Shown piece after piece: positions 51,441-64,000 of a stretch of 64,000 bases of DNA. Numbering within the stretch: position 1 is the first letter of the stretch; each line of letters begins with the position of its first letter. The notes under the pieces are model-generated. The model saw only the letters and a list, made by a program, of their open reading frames with translations. It made no database searches and had not been told where the DNA came from. Location of the stretch: assembly GCA_001662655.1 (NCBI GenBank), contig KV460241.1. One strand, written 5' to 3'. Source of the DNA: Pseudogymnoascus verrucosus. Taxonomy: Eukaryota. The position numbers and the translations under genes are program-made.

Positions 51441-52339
51441 CTTCGTCGACTTCAGAACTGATAGTGGTTTTGGGACGGGCAAGTTCAAGATGCTCTTGGC
51501 ACTAGAAAAAGAAAATGGCAGCGCGAATATGTACCAAGGCGTGTTGAGAGATGTAGCAGTCACCAATAATGCACGCGACAACCCATCATTTATAGAACAT
51601 AGCTGAGGGGTTATTGTTTAGTTTTAGCAAGTGTCTACCCCACCCCACTCCATCATTTTCCACGTTTGTTGAGGTGAAATCCGGGGTGAAATCCGGGGTA
51701 GGAGGAGGGGAAGGATGAGAATTGCGGTAGATGGTACGATGGAGGAAGTGCTAGGGCACAGGGGGTGTGGGGATGTGGGGATGTAGGGGTGTAGGGATTG
51801 AGGGATGTAGGCAAGGACAAAAGCGGAGTAGGAGCTGCGTGGAAGCGCAGCAAACCGTCAACTAACAGCGGCAACGCTCTACACCAAGGAAAACGGAACC
51901 TCGTGGCATTTTTTTGTGGGGATCTCTGCCGCCATAGAGTACCTAGGGTGCCTCTGTAGCGTCCTTTGATCTTTCCAAGATAAAGTCAGGACCCTAAAGT
52001 GAGGGGTTTTCAAATTTGTACTACGACAAACGACTCTAGAGGTAGTCTATACGGAAGATCGATAGAGACTGGATGTAATGGATAATTACATAATATGTTC
52101 TGGTCACATGACACGTCTATAAGACCCAGTGCACATCGATTTTGTTGTGTTGTTTATGTCTGCGGTGTAAGCTGCTGTCGAAAAAGAAACTGTGCCCTGT
52201 CAATCTTCGAGGCAAATGGCGGAGTGTACCGGAACTTTCACCTGGCACGAAAACCTTATTTGCGCCAGATTCGTCCTTAGCTTATAGAATACCCTGCCGT
52301 GGCAGCCACCTGCATAAAGAAGTCGCCGTGGCAGAAAAA

Positions 52340-52489
52340 TCGGAGAACGCCAGGTACAGAAAGTGGGGAACGGAGTTGCTCCGCGCTTAGCTGGACTCGA
52401 CTCGAACGTTTCGTTAGGAGTTAGCGCGGCTGGGAAGTCGGAGAACGCAGGGAAAAGAAAGTGGGAACGGAGTTGCTCCGCGCTTGGCT
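52340..52489. repeat. ~52-bp direct repeat (2 copies), each containing the inverted motif CGGAGTTGCTCCG
   Basis: TCGGAGAACGC...AGAAAGTGGG(G)AACGGAGTTGCTCCGCGCTT.GCT at ~52340 and ~52438. Confidence 0.9.
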
Positions 52490-52717
52490 AGTAACATCTC
52501 AAGGGTTTCGTTGCTCCTAGTTGGGAAAGCTTTAGGCGGTGGCTGGCGATCATGGAGTACTCCGTGGCGTGTGCTGTACTATGTTGCGTGTACGGCACGG
52601 AGCAAGGCTAATACCCATCTGAGCCTTACTTCCTGGCCGACGTTGTCGGCATCCAAGCCAATCCGACCAAGCTTTCACGGGGCCTAATCTTCTCAGATGT
52701 GAGGATTTTGATTTCTG

Positions 52718-52726
52718 CACAGCCTC
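52718..52726 (-). promoter_or_regulatory. Candidate calcineurin/Crz1 response element (GAGGCTGTG) about 100 bp upstream of the Ca2+-ATPase ATG
   Basis: CACAGCCTC on the + strand; PMC1 orthologues are established Crz1 targets. Confidence 0.5.
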
Positions 52727-52825
52727 CATGTTGGCTCTTATATACCAACAGCCTGAGGGCTTATGCCTTCCTGATCATTCTGCTTCGCATCATCATCCCT
52801 TACTTGCTTATCTCAGGAAGACAAG

Positions 52826-55800
52826 ATGCTATCAGTACCAAAATTACAGGTGCGCAATCAAGTGAGTCGCAAGTCTTTTTCTACTGAAAACACCTGGTTT
52901 TTTCTAACAGATCTTTAGGAGGGTAGTGCAGACACAGACGAGATATCCCTCACAACAACACGGCATTCTCGGTCTGCATCAGCCGTATCCGGCTCATCCT
53001 TCCTCAGCCTTCCCGCAACGCCTAGCGGAGTTAGCAATGCCTCAACATTAGCATTTGAAAACATCGAAAATGCATTACAACCTGACCTAGGCACTGAGCA
53101 AGACTTTAAAGTCGACGACAACTGCTTCGCATACAGTCCAGGACAGTTGAATAAACTATTGAATCCAAAATCCCTCCCGGCCTTTGTTGCCCTCGGCGGC
53201 CTTTCCGGCCTAGCGCAGGGTTTAAGAACGGATATATACGCCGGATTAAGTGCCGATGAGACTTGCCTCGAAGGAAAGGTTTCTTTCGAAGAGGCTGTGG
53301 GCTATCGATCAAAGGTTCGCGATTACGGGGATTCGTCATCATCACAAGCAGTTGCTGTTCGCGGAAGTTCTTCGGATCCGTTTTACGACCGCGTCAGAGT
53401 TTACGGCCAGAACAAGATTCCAGGGAAGAAGGCTACTCCATTATGGAAACTCATGTGGATCGCATACAACGACGCGGTACTACTGCTGCTGACTGCGGCT
53501 GCAGTTATCAGTTTGGCACTTGGGTTATACGAAACGTTTGGTGCGAAGCACGAACCTGGAGCCCCTGCACCTGTCGACTGGGTTGAGGGTGTGGCAATCT
53601 GCGTTGCGATTGTTATCGTTGTGATGGTTGGAAGTCTGAATGATTGGCAGAAGGAGCGCGCGTTCGTTAAGTTGAATGCGAAGAAAGATGATAGGGAGGT
53701 GAAGGTCGTTCGCTCTGGGAGATCATTCATGGCCAACGTTCACGATATCTTGGCAGGAGACGTTCTCCACCTCGAAGTAAGATTCCTTGGATCTCACAAC
53801 TAGAATTCAACTAACTCCTCCCAGCCTGGAGATATGATTCCCGTGGACGGCATCTTCATTAGTGGCCACAATGTCAAGTGCGACGAATCATCTGCTACAG
53901 GAGAATCGGATCAGATCAAGAAGACAGGGGGCGAGCAAGTCATGAGGCTATTGGAAAATGGCCACACGGACATGAAAAATTTGGATCCATTTATTATCTC
54001 CGGAGCCAAGGTTCTAGAAGGTGTCGGCACTTATCTCGTTACTTCAGTCGGGCCCAACTCCAGTTTTGGCAAGATTATGATCTCTATGAGAACTGATCCC
54101 GAGACCACCCCTCTTCAAGTCAAGCTCAACGGCCTCGCCACTGCCATTGCTAAACTTGGCTCTGCCGCCGCCGCTCTCTTGTTCTTCGTTCTCCTGTTCC
54201 GATTCTGTGCCGGCCTACCAGAGGACAGTCGCCCAGCTCCCGAGAAAGCTTCAACTTTCATGGATATTCTCATTGTCGCCATCACGGTTATTGTTGTGGC
54301 AGTTCCAGAAGGTCTTCCTCTTGCCGTCACTCTCGCTCTAGCATTCGCAACTACTCGTCTTCTGAAGGAGAACAACTTGGTCAGAATTTTGAAGTCTTGT
54401 GAGGTCATGGGAAATGCCACTACAATTTGCTCCGACAAGACTGGTACTCTCACAACCAACAGAATGACAGTCGTTGCTGGCCTTTTCGGTAAAAACGAAA
54501 GCTTCGAGAACAATGAATGCGCACAATTTGTTCAAGTAGTTTCTAAGGATATGAAGGGATTCCTCATAAAATCCATCGCGATTAACTCCACTGCTTTCGA
54601 AAGTCAAGGTGACAGTGATGAAGGATTCATTGGCTCAAAAACAGAAGTCGCCCTCCTCGAATTTGCCAAGGTTCATCTCGGAATGGACTCATTGTCCAAT
54701 GAACGCGCCAACGCCGAAGTGGTTCAATTTTTTCCATTTGATTCCTCCAAGAAGTGTATGGGTGCGGTCATTAAGATTCCAAAGCAAGGTTATCGAATGT
54801 TTGTCAAGGGTGCTTCTGAGATCCTTCTCAAAGAATGTGCTTCTATTACCGATGTCAAAACTGGAGAATTATTGAATATCACATCTAAGATGCGAGAAGA
54901 GATTGAATCCACAATTTCGTCTTATGCAAAGAAGTCTCTCCGCACAATTGGTCTATGCTACAGAGATTTCCCATCCTGGCCTCCAGCTGGCACTAAAACA
55001 CCAGCCGATCCTCACTCCGCTGAATTTAAACCCGTTCTCAAGGATATGATCCTCAATGGTGTCGTCGGTATCATGGATCCAGTCCGTGATGGTGTCCCAG
55101 ACGCCGTCGCCAAGTGCCAACTCGCTGGTGTCAAAGTCCGTATGGTAACAGGTGATAATATTGAAACCGCACGTGCCATCGCCGTCGACTGTGGTATTCT
55201 CCGGAATGAGGACGAGATCATCATGGAAGGCCCTGATTTCCGCAAACTCAACGACGATGAACTACTCAATATTTTACCACGTCTTGCTGTCCTTGCCCGT
55301 TCATCTCCCACGGATAAACAGGTCCTTGTTCAGAAGCTTAAGGCTTTAGGCGATACTGTGGCCGTTACTGGTGATGGAACTAATGATGGTCCTGCACTTA
55401 AGGCTGCCGATGTTGGCTTTTCCATGGGTATTTCTGGCACTGAAGTTGCTAAGGAGGCCTCTTCTATCGTTCTTATGGATGACAACTTTGCCTCTATCGT
55501 CAAGGCCCTGATGTGGGGCCGCGCTGTCAACGACGCCGTCAGCAAGTTCCTCCAGGTAAGTTGCACAGCTCTCTTTCTTGATTTTAACTGACCATCTCGT
55601 CTCATAGTTCCAAATCACCGTAAACATTACTGCGGTACTTCTGACTTTTGTCTCTGCTGTCTCCAGTCCAGACATGACTTCCGTCTTAACGGCCGTTCAG
55701 CTCCTATGGGTCAACTTGATCATGGATACATTCGCCGCCCTCGCCCTCGCCACTGACCCACCCACCCTGGATATCCTCGACCGCAAGCCTGCCGGAAAGA

Positions 55801-56459
55801 AGGCACCTTTGATTACCATCAATATGTGGAAAATGATCATTGGCCAAGCCATCTTCCAACTGACAGTCACATTCATCCTCTACTTTGCCGGCGAGAAAAT
55901 CCTCGGGTACGACACTACTGATCCACAGAAGAAGCTGGAACTTTCCACAATGGTGTTTAATACCTTTGTCTGGATGCAAATCTTTAACGAATTTAACAAC
56001 AGACGTCTGGACAACAAACTTAACATCTTCGCCGGTATCCAGCGCAACTACTTCTTCATCGGCATCAACTGCATCATGGTCGGGGCCCAAATTGCAATCG
56101 TTTTTGTCGGCGGACAGGCCTTCAACATCACGCCTATTGATGGTATCCAATGGGCTATTTGCATCGTTCTTGCCGCGCTCAGTTTGCCGATGGCGGTGCT
56201 AATCAGGTTCTTCCCGGACCCGTGGTTTGCGACGTTTGCGAAGGTTATCTGCGGCCCATTCGCCGTTGCATACAGAGCTTGTCGTCGTGTTTGGGGGGGA
56301 TTGAAGGCCAAGCTGCCAAGGAGAACTAAGAACCGTGAGATGGAGACGGGTGACCAGCAGGGAGAAGAGAGAGAAGAAAGCGGTAATGACGTCGAGACTG
56401 TTCCTGAGATTGTTGTTGCTAGGGAGAAGGACTTGGAGATGGGTGCTAATAGAGTCTAA
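52826..56459 (+). CDS. PMC1: P-type IIB Ca2+-transporting ATPase (vacuolar PMC1-like); introns ~52850-52918, ~53777-53824, ~55556-55607
   Basis: DESSATGES, VAVPEGLPLAVT, ICSDKTGTLT, KGASE, MVTGDN, VTGDGTNDGPALK, QLLWVNLIMDT. Confidence 0.93.
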
Positions 56460-57544
56460 TGGGTTTTCTTGTGATTACTCGGTTTTTTTTGTTATTGTTA
56501 TAGAACTAGAAAAAAAAGAATGGGGGATAATAGAGGCATGGCGTTTTACAAGTATTATAGCATTATAGTACAGGTCCAGTTGATGTTTCTTTTAGGTCTC
56601 CTTTTAGCTAGACTTTCCTACTAAGTTTCAATTTATTCCCTAATAAACCTGACCCTGTTTAAGTTGACGCGCGTTTACACGCCGATGCTGATTAAATACA
56701 TGGATCTCGTTGGTCTAAGGAAGCTGATATAAGATACTAAGTCTATGCCACAGTGTGGTTTTGACGAAGATCAGGGTATGGTTGATGGTTTACTGCTGAC
56801 ATTTGAAAGGTCTAAGTTAGGAAGCGTTGATGAATTGATCGCGTGACAAGCGGCTGAATCGTAGTTGTTGTAAACTAGTACTATCAGCCAAAGAACAACG
56901 CGTAGGGGACCATAAGGGCTTTCAGTCCAACCTAGTCAGACATTACCTTCTTTTCTTCTCTTAGCCTCTAATAGCCTTTACTCTACCCGCAGACCATAGC
57001 AATAAAGGATATTAAAACGACTATTTAAGTGCCTAAGGTGGCGGAAACGGTGCCTAAAATATAGATAGGCTTCTTTGAAAATAGTGAGCAGTAGATCAAC
57101 ATATGTCGCGACTGTCGTTTAGGGAATTTGCAACAACAGTCCCTACATATTATGTAGAAGTCATATGTTGTTACCTTTAAGTTATGCCTCAAGTATTTAT
57201 CTCGTCTACAGTAATTGATAAAAACGTTATTTTTATCAACTGAGGCTCGACTACTTGCTATAGTATCTGTAAATACCTATTTTACCTGTAGAAGATTCCG
57301 ATTTTATAAAGCCTGATCTTAGCCCCACTGCATGAGTGTCATTGGCTGACTTATGCTAATATGGGGGGTTCCAAAGAGCGCGACTGACGCCAGTGCGGTT
57401 TAAATTTTTAGCTAATTATCTAAGAGGAGACTGCTCTCGCTGGGTGCTCGTCGAGGGATGGGTTCGGGTAAGTGTCGGCGTCAGGCTTTCTCTTCGTTGA
57501 GCTGGTGTTTTGAGTCGAATGGTGTTTACTGTAGTTTTCACCGT

Positions 57545-57815
57545 GCTGTCGTCTTGGGCCGACTGGCGTTTTAAGGAGACTTTTGTTTTCCCGGTGTATT
57601 CCTAGACTTATGAGTGGGCTGTCGTTTTGAGCCGCCTGGTGTTTTACCATGGTTTTGACCATGCCGTCGTTTTGGGCAGACTATCGCTTTGGGCCGACTG
57701 GTGTTTTCCTGGGGTTTTTCCTCTGTTTGGTTTAACCAGGCAGGCGCTTTGAGAGGACTAGTGTTTTCCTGGTGATTCCTTGGATTTATCCAGACTGGGC
57801 ATTTTGGCCGAGTAA
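57545..57815. repeat. Degenerate short repeats of GTCGTTTTGGGCCGACTGGTGTTTT type
   Basis: Variants at ~57548, ~57621, ~57666, ~57684 and ~57798. Confidence 0.65.
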
Positions 57816-58183
57816 ACTAGCTATTAGAAGACCGTTGGGCCTGGTTGACACCGTTGAAACAGGTGGTTATATCCATAGTGTGCTCACCTGAACGAATATC
57901 CAACCCCTGAGTTTCCATCGAGCTTTCCGGATACCCCACATCTCACACCCACTGATCACAATCACGAACACAAGCACAAATCACACATCACCATCACCAA
58001 CAAAGACAAGACACATTCCGAACCAAATCCTCATAGATATTTACGTAAAGCTCATAAGCTCATAAACTACGTACCAGCAAGCTGGACCATATCTTTATCC
58101 CCCACCCCACAATTCAAAAACGCCATTCCCATGCCCACCACCACACTTTAAATTTCTTATTTCCTATCACACCCACCACCCAT

Positions 58184-59599
58184 CTATTTCGCCACCGCAG
58201 CACTCAGCACCTGTGTCCTGAAGAAGCCACCCTTAGTCCTCTCAATGACCTGCTGATACACGCTGCTCGGCGGGTGGTTCATCACAACCGTGCCCTCCTT
58301 ATAATCGATCTTGGCATCAACACGCGTATCACGAATGAGGTTAACGATCCACTTCTCGCCCTCGTCCTGGTCGAGCCCCAGACGCGCCGAGAGGTCCTTA
58401 ATATCAATCCTCTGATGAATCTTGCAGTAGCTCTCCGAGATCAGGTGGCGCGCGGCCTCCACAAACGCATCGGACGCAGCGACGAGGAAGAAGTCCCCGC
58501 GAAGTACCTCCTCCGCCTCGATGAGCTTGCGCTGGGCCTCCTCGAAGTCAAAGTCCACGTACAGCGCCTTGATGAAGTCGGTGACCGGGTCGCTGTACTC
58601 GTACGTCTCCTGCTTGACGATGCGGATGATGTCCTTGAGCTGCTTCTGGTACTGGCCCGTGTTGCGCGTGCGGCTGCGGTTGGTGATGACCGCTGCGGCG
58701 AGGTAGCGGAGGACCCAGGGGCAGGCGGTCTGGATGGTGTTGATGAAGGGCGCGGAGAAGAAGAGGTCGCAGATTGTGTCGCGCGCGGGCTCGTAGTTGA
58801 AGAAGGGGAAGAGAGCCCAGTGGATTAGCCACGCGCGGTGGTTGAGCTGCGCGAGCGGGTTGGCGAAGAGCTTGGTGTCGATGGAGTCTTTGACTTTGGT
58901 GACTTCCTCCATGGCGGACTCCCAGTTGGTGGTCAGGATCTCGGAGGCGAGCTTTCCCCAAGTGGCGGCGGAGACCTTGGTCTCGTCGGTGGAGAGGACA
59001 CGGAACTGGTAGAGCAGCTCGGCGGCGGCACCGTAGTTACCACAGCTGTACTGGAAGTTACCGAAGTCGTAAAGCACGTCGACCATCTCGGGGGTGACCT
59101 ATTATCGACGCGTTAGCAAGTCCATCCATCCAAAACTCGTCGACGAAAAAAATTATGTCGCGGGGCCAAAAACACATACCTCATGCTCCTTCTTCAAGTA
59201 CTCCAAGTTAGCCACCTTATCCGCCCTCAAATTCGTAATAACATCCTCCCTCCCCAACAAATCCGTAATCGCCGCCGACTCCTGCTCAAACTGATCCAAC
59301 CTCTCCAGCACGGCCTGCCTCTTCGCGCCAAACTCCTTCGGCGGCTCCGCCACATCGTTGATCTCAGTATACAAGCTCGCCACATAATCCGTCATATTCG
59401 TCGTCTTCAACAACTCGTACTTCGCCCTCGTGATCTCCTGGCTATCCTCCTCATCCTCCTGCTGCTCGGCCACGAACTGTAGTAGGGGGAAAATAAGATG
59501 GCGATCCAGGTGCGTGATCAGCTTGGGAAGAAGGTTGTTCTCCTCGCTGATCTGCTCAGCTGTCTTGGCTGGCGCAGGCGCGCTCGCTGTGTCCGCCAT
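58184..59599 (-). CDS. INT6: Eukaryotic translation initiation factor 3 subunit E; intron 59099-59179
   Basis: [39 protein letters not shown] domain [25 protein letters not shown]. Confidence 0.95.
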
Positions 59600-59878
59600 G
59601 ATTGCGGTTTTTTGCGAGTTTTCTTGACGTGGTGGTTGAGGTAGACCTTGGCCGGGGGGAGGTCGTCGTGCGTGGGGTGAGGAAGTGGATGGGAAAGATT
59701 GTGTGCGCCAAGACTTTGCGGATTAAGCGTGGTCCCGAAAAACTGGCGCTAAGCCTTTTCGGGTGCAGCGTCGCGAAATGTAACGACGGAAAGTTGAGCG
59801 AGCGAGCTGGGGATAGTTACGAGAAGGGTGAATAAACGCAGCGAGCAGCAACAGTCACTCATTTTTTTGATATTCACA

Positions 59879-60393
59879 ATGGCACTCGCATCCCTCCGCC
59901 CAGCGGCATACATGTCCTTCCTCCGCCCCCTCGCCCTCCCCCGCGCCGCAACCCTCACGCGCTTCCTCTCCACCAGCCCTGCCGTCCAATCCAGCACCGA
60001 AGCCACGACCACGACCTCCTCCTCCACGACCTCCTCCCAGAGCCTCGAGTACCGCGTCTCTCGCACTCCCTCGGCACAGCTACCCATCTACCTCCTCGCT
60101 AAGCGCGGCGGGAACCTGAAGCAGACGAGGGTGAAGAAGATTGAGGGGAATATTGCGCAGTTGAGGGAGGATCTGAAGGTTGCGTTGGGGATTGAGGAGG
60201 ATAGGGAGATTCAGGTGAATCATTTGACGAGGCATATTATTGTTAAGGTATGTTTTTGGCCGTTGCTGGTTTCCTTGTTCTGTGGGAGTAAAGGAGGGGG
60301 GGGTTGAATTGGATCTGGGAGCATGGCTAACATTTTGAATAGGGACACCGCAAACCGGAGGTTGCCAAGTTTCTGGAGGAGCATAAGTTTTAA
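59879..60393 (+). CDS. IMG2: Mitochondrial large-subunit ribosomal protein mL49; intron 60248-60342
   Basis: YRVSRTPSAQLPIYLLAKRGGNLKQTRVKKIEGNI...HIIVK|GHRKPEVAKFLEEHKF. Confidence 0.9.
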
Positions 60394-61217
60394 GAGAAGG
60401 ACAGAGAGAGGAGTCATAGAGTGAGAGAGTGAGGGGGGGAGAGAGAGGAGGAGGAAGAACTGTATTACAAAAATGGAGTGTATATTATAAGGCCATCATC
60501 ACGAGCAGTTTACCAGCGCATATATGTATAAAAAGCCAGAGAAAGAATCAAACCAGATCAGACCATTCAATCTCACCATCGTGAAAACCCCCCCCCAACA
60601 TCCAAACATAAAAAAGGACATCACCAGATACCTCGAAGCAGCACCAGCCCACTTCCTCCTCCACAAAGATCAACTCTTACGTGCGAGACTTCGCAGCCTG
60701 CGCCACCGCCGCCAGCCAGTTGCCGGGGATAAACCAAACTGAACCATGCGTCTCGGCCACGGCATTCGAGAGGAGACAGGTGAGAAGAAAGTAGCAACAG
60801 CGACAGCGACAACAGCACTCCCATCGGTGAGAAGACAGCAGCAGCGACAACAGCACTCAACCAGCAGCAAGAACCTCCCATCGACAACAACACCCACCGC
60901 CAACAACAGCACCCACCAAGCACCCCAACAACACCCCCCCCCCCAAGTCCCACAGCTTCAAAGACATCCCTCTACTAGTCCCGGATGCATTCGTAAATGG
61001 TGATGATGCTAAACCCAACTTCAGAGATCCCACGCGCGATTGGGCTGTTCATGCTATCATGGGTGGGTTATATAGAAGACGTTCACTACGCATAGTCATA
61101 GTTCAATCACACACACAAAGACTCAACATCATGCAAAGTAAACTATAAAAAATTCATCAAAACCATCTTCATTCACAAAAACATCTATATACAACCCTTC
61201 TCCCCCCCCCCCCCTCC

Positions 61218-61298
61218 NNNNNNNNNNNNNNNNNNNNNNNNNNNNNNNNNNNNNNNNNNNNNNNNNNNNNNNNNNNNNNNNNNNNNNNNNNNNNNNNN
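61218..61298. other. Assembly gap (N run) flanked by poly-C
   Basis: Run of n characters. Confidence 1.
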
Positions 61299-61586
61299 CC
61301 CCCCTTCCATTCCATACAATTGTACAAAAAAACATCCATCAAAAAGAAAAGTCCCCCCCCAAGCTAAACAAAAAAACGAACTCAGTATGCGTCCGTTTTC
61401 TCCTCTCCTTCTCTGGTCGCTGTTGTTATTGATTGATTGTTGTTATTGTTATCGGTTGTTGTTCAAAAGCGGGTTTCGCATGCTAAAAGCTCAAGATATC
61501 GCATATATCGCACCACAAGATAACTTTCGAATTTCGAATTTCGCTCCTCTCAAGATGATTATAACAAAAAAAAACGCCGCCAAACT

Positions 61587-64000
61587 TCATATTGCGCGTC
61601 CGCCAGGGGGTGGTGGTGACTCCATGCATCCATCTATGGCAAAACAGCTCTCCCCCCCCACCTTTCCCACCCCTCTGCCCGCCCCCACCCCCCCCACCAA
61701 CACCCNNNNNNNNNNNNNNNNNNNNNNNNNNNNNNNNNNNNNNNNNNNNNNNNNNNNNNNNNNAATCATCCCCTCCGCCATCCCCCTCATCCCCCTTCCC
61801 ACCCCCTCCATTCCCCCCTCCCCACCCTCCACCTCCACATCCCTCGCCTTCTCATACAACCTTCTTAAGACCGTAATCCCACTAAGCGTAATATGCAACA
61901 ACGCCTCATCATCCGCACTCCTCCCCGCCGCCGCCGCGCCCTGCTGCCCACCCCTCGCACCCGGCGGCGGCGGCACGCTCGACGGCGGCTCCGTCGATAG
62001 GACCGTGATCAACCTCAACAGGCTCTGCGCGAACCCATCTTCAGACGTGAGCCAGGACCGCGCGATGGGGACTTCGGGGCCGGGAACAAGGCCGGAGATG
62101 ATCTCCGCTGCGAGCATGCCTTGCATCAAGTGGGGTTTCCGCGCGTCGACGACGGCCATCATGCCCGCGCGTCCCGAATCGTGTTTATGTCCCGGGATGG
62201 GCGAGATAGCCAGGGCGAAGGATTTCGTCAGGAGCTCGTACGGCGGAGACGACGTGACGTCCGACGCGAAGATCTTCTTATAGAACGTGCGATTCGGCTC
62301 GTCCCTCGCGAGGAGCTTGGCCCAGCTATCGACTGCGGGGGCGAGGTAGCGGTGGATGGCCGGGTCGTAGGGGGAGAAGATGACTTTATCCGATCCCGGG
62401 TTGACGGGGGGCGGGCAGGGGGAGAAGGCGAGGAGGAAGTGGAGGAGGCAGAGGGCTTGCTCTTTGCCGGGGATCTCGACGGCTTGGGCGAGGTTGGAGA
62501 AGAAGATTATGAGGTCCTTCATCAGGTCGAGCGTGTTGGAGTGGGTGCGGAGGAGCATGTTGCGCGTGCCGAGGTAGCGGACCACGGTGCAGAGGAAGGT
62601 GATGACGGGTTTATCGGCGAGGAGGGGGTGGTTGGTCTCGTAGAAGGAGAGGTTGCGCAGGATGGTCGTGATGCAGATTAGGCGCTCCACGGAACGGTCT
62701 AGTTCGTACTCCACGGTTCCGAAGAGAGGGACGTCTTGTAATCCTTCTCGCTCGAGTCGGCAGCCGCGAGCAACGTCTTCGTATGAGCTGATTAGCATTA
62801 CATCAGACACCTCCGCGGCATTCTCTGCGAGCAACTCGACTTGTTCCTCAGCACAGTCGACAATACTCTCAACAAGATCTCCACAAGCCCTCAGATCAAG
62901 CTGAACCCTCGGCTCCACCGAGACAGTCACCAGCGTATCCAGAGCCAAACGCACTTCCGAGTGAATCCCAGATTGTAGACTCATCGTCAGTGCATGAATA
63001 TCAATAACTCCCAATTCAGGAACACTAGGCACATTCGGCCTCAGATTAACCAGATCAATGCACAGATTCTCCAACGCCTCAGGATTTACACCTCCCCAAG
63101 TAGTCAGCGGGCGCGTCCTCGGCTCATATGCTGACGATTTCGGCTTCTTCTCTTCGATTTGGATCTCGTGAGTAGACTGAAGTGTCATGCTGCCAGGTTT
63201 GCTCAGTGGCGTTGGAGACGATACCGCGAAGGGCGCGCCATTTTGCATCGGCGTGCCCTCGTTACTCCGCGACATTGCCCGCGCGTGTGCTTGTGCATTT
63301 TGCTGCGCTTGGTTTGGCATCTGCGGTGTCGAGAAGCCATTTACAGCTACCTGCTGTCCCTGTTGAGGCATCTGTTTAACGGGTGTCTGGAGGGCCTGTT
63401 GCTGCATTCCAATAGGCGGTGACTGTTGACCCATATGTTGCTGCTGAGCCTGTCGGTTCATAAACTGCTGTTGCTGCTGTTGTTGCTGCTGCTGCTGCTG
63501 AGCCATCTGACTCTGCATGCTAAGCTGCTTCGTCGGCGACATTTGAGGATGGCCAGCCATATTCGCATTCTGCTGCATCATAGCCTTCTGGCGCTGCTGG
63601 GAGGCAAACGCGTCTTCAAACATCATAAGATTCCTCTCGTAATGTCCCTTGATCTGCGCTGGCGCGCTTGGCATCTGGATCGGGTTGAACTGTAGAGTTT
63701 GGGCTACCTGTGGCCACAAACCTTGCTGGTGAACCTTTCTGTATCCTCCATACTTTGTGACAGCCATGTATAGCATGACAAGATTGATAGTCCTATCACC
63801 AACAATCGGGTTTACGTCGAGAGGTTGTCCCTTCGATTGCATGAACTGCGAAAGATTCCGCATAAACTGCTCAGGATTATTCGGTCGAGGCACAGCCGAC
63901 TGTTGAGGCCGCATCCCTTGAGGAAACTGGCCATTAGGGCCGCCAGGCATCTGTGGCTTCACCATCGCGTTCGGATTCTGCGGCATACCCTGCATCCGCG
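61587..64000 (-). CDS. SWI1: ARID-domain SWI/SNF subunit (Swi1/Sol1-like); 5' end outside the window; 3' end uncertain because of the N gap at 61706-61763
   Basis: ARID-like INLVMLYMAVTKYGGYRKV...WPQVAQTL...YERNL; poly-Q; LGVIDIHALTMSLQSGIHSEVRLALDTL; TTILRNLSFYETN. Confidence 0.85.
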   Translation of the reverse strand, partial: RMQGMPQNPNAMVKPQMPGGPNGQFPQGMRPQQSAVPRPNNPEQFMRNLSQFMQSKGQPLDVNPIVGDRTINLVMLYMAVTKYGGYRKVHQQGLWPQVAQTLQFNPIQMPSAPAQIKGHYERNLMMFEDAFASQQRQKAMMQQNANMAGHPQMSPTKQLSMQSQMAQQQQQQQQQQQQFMNRQAQQQHMGQQSPPIGMQQQALQTPVKQMPQQGQQVAVNGFSTPQMPNQAQQNAQAHARAMSRSNEGTPMQNGAPFAVSSPTPLSKPGSMTLQSTHEIQIEEKKPKSSAYEPRTRPLTTWGGVNPEALENLCIDLVNLRPNVPSVPELGVIDIHALTMSLQSGIHSEVRLALDTLVTVSVEPRVQLDLRACGDLVESIVDCAEEQVELLAENAAEVSDVMLISSYEDVARGCRLEREGLQDVPLFGTVEYELDRSVERLICITTILRNLSFYETNHPLLADKPVITFLCTVVRYLGTRNMLLRTHSNTLDLMKDLIIFFSNLAQAVEIPGKEQALCLLHFLLAFSPCPPPVNPGSDKVIFSPYDPAIHRYLAPAVDSWAKLLARDEPNRTFYKKIFASDVTSSPPYELLTKSFALAISPIPGHKHDSGRAGMMAVVDARKPHLMQGMLAAEIISGLVPGPEVPIARSWLTSEDGFAQSLLRLITVLSTEPPSSVPPPPGARGGQQGAAAAGRSADDEALLHITLSGITVLRRLYEKARDVEVEGGEGGMEGVGRGMRGMAEGMIXXXXXXXXXXXXXXXXXXXXVLVGGVGAGRGVGKVGGESCFAIDGCMESPPPPGGRAI

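Overview
This is eukaryotic DNA from a filamentous ascomycete: intron-containing genes with GT..AG boundaries and CTAAC branch sites. The style suggests a Pseudogymnoascus-like Leotiomycete, which is an inference. Core genes include a WSC-domain copper radical oxidase, a ferric reductase-like gene, URA4, a LETM1-like gene, an RRM protein, a GGQ peptidyl-tRNA hydrolase, a GH93 arabinanase, UTP6, CWH43, AUR1, a CaMK, eIF3e, IMG2 and a SWI1-like ARID protein. Two lower-GC accessory-looking blocks interrupt them, at about 17.6-27.9 kb and about 42-57.9 kb. The main discovery is a 7,550-bp element at 19122-26671. It is bounded by ~128-bp terminal inverted repeats starting CAGT and flanked by TA on both sides, which is Tc1/mariner-type architecture. 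It has no recognisable transposase. It carries five cellular genes or gene fragments: a Zn2Cys6 TF pseudogene, an arrestin-like gene, a GMC oxidoreductase with one stop, a truncated catalase and a small hydrophilic protein. It inserted 4 bp upstream of the ATG of a small gene and lies beside a remnant resembling a patatin-like gene N-terminus. The second block contains an atypical hydrophobin missed by the ORF track, several degenerate tandem repeats, a Zn2Cys6 TF, a sugar transporter with an anomalous splice acceptor and a PMC1-like Ca2+-ATPase. Exon boundaries were read by eye and family calls come from motif recognition, not database searches.
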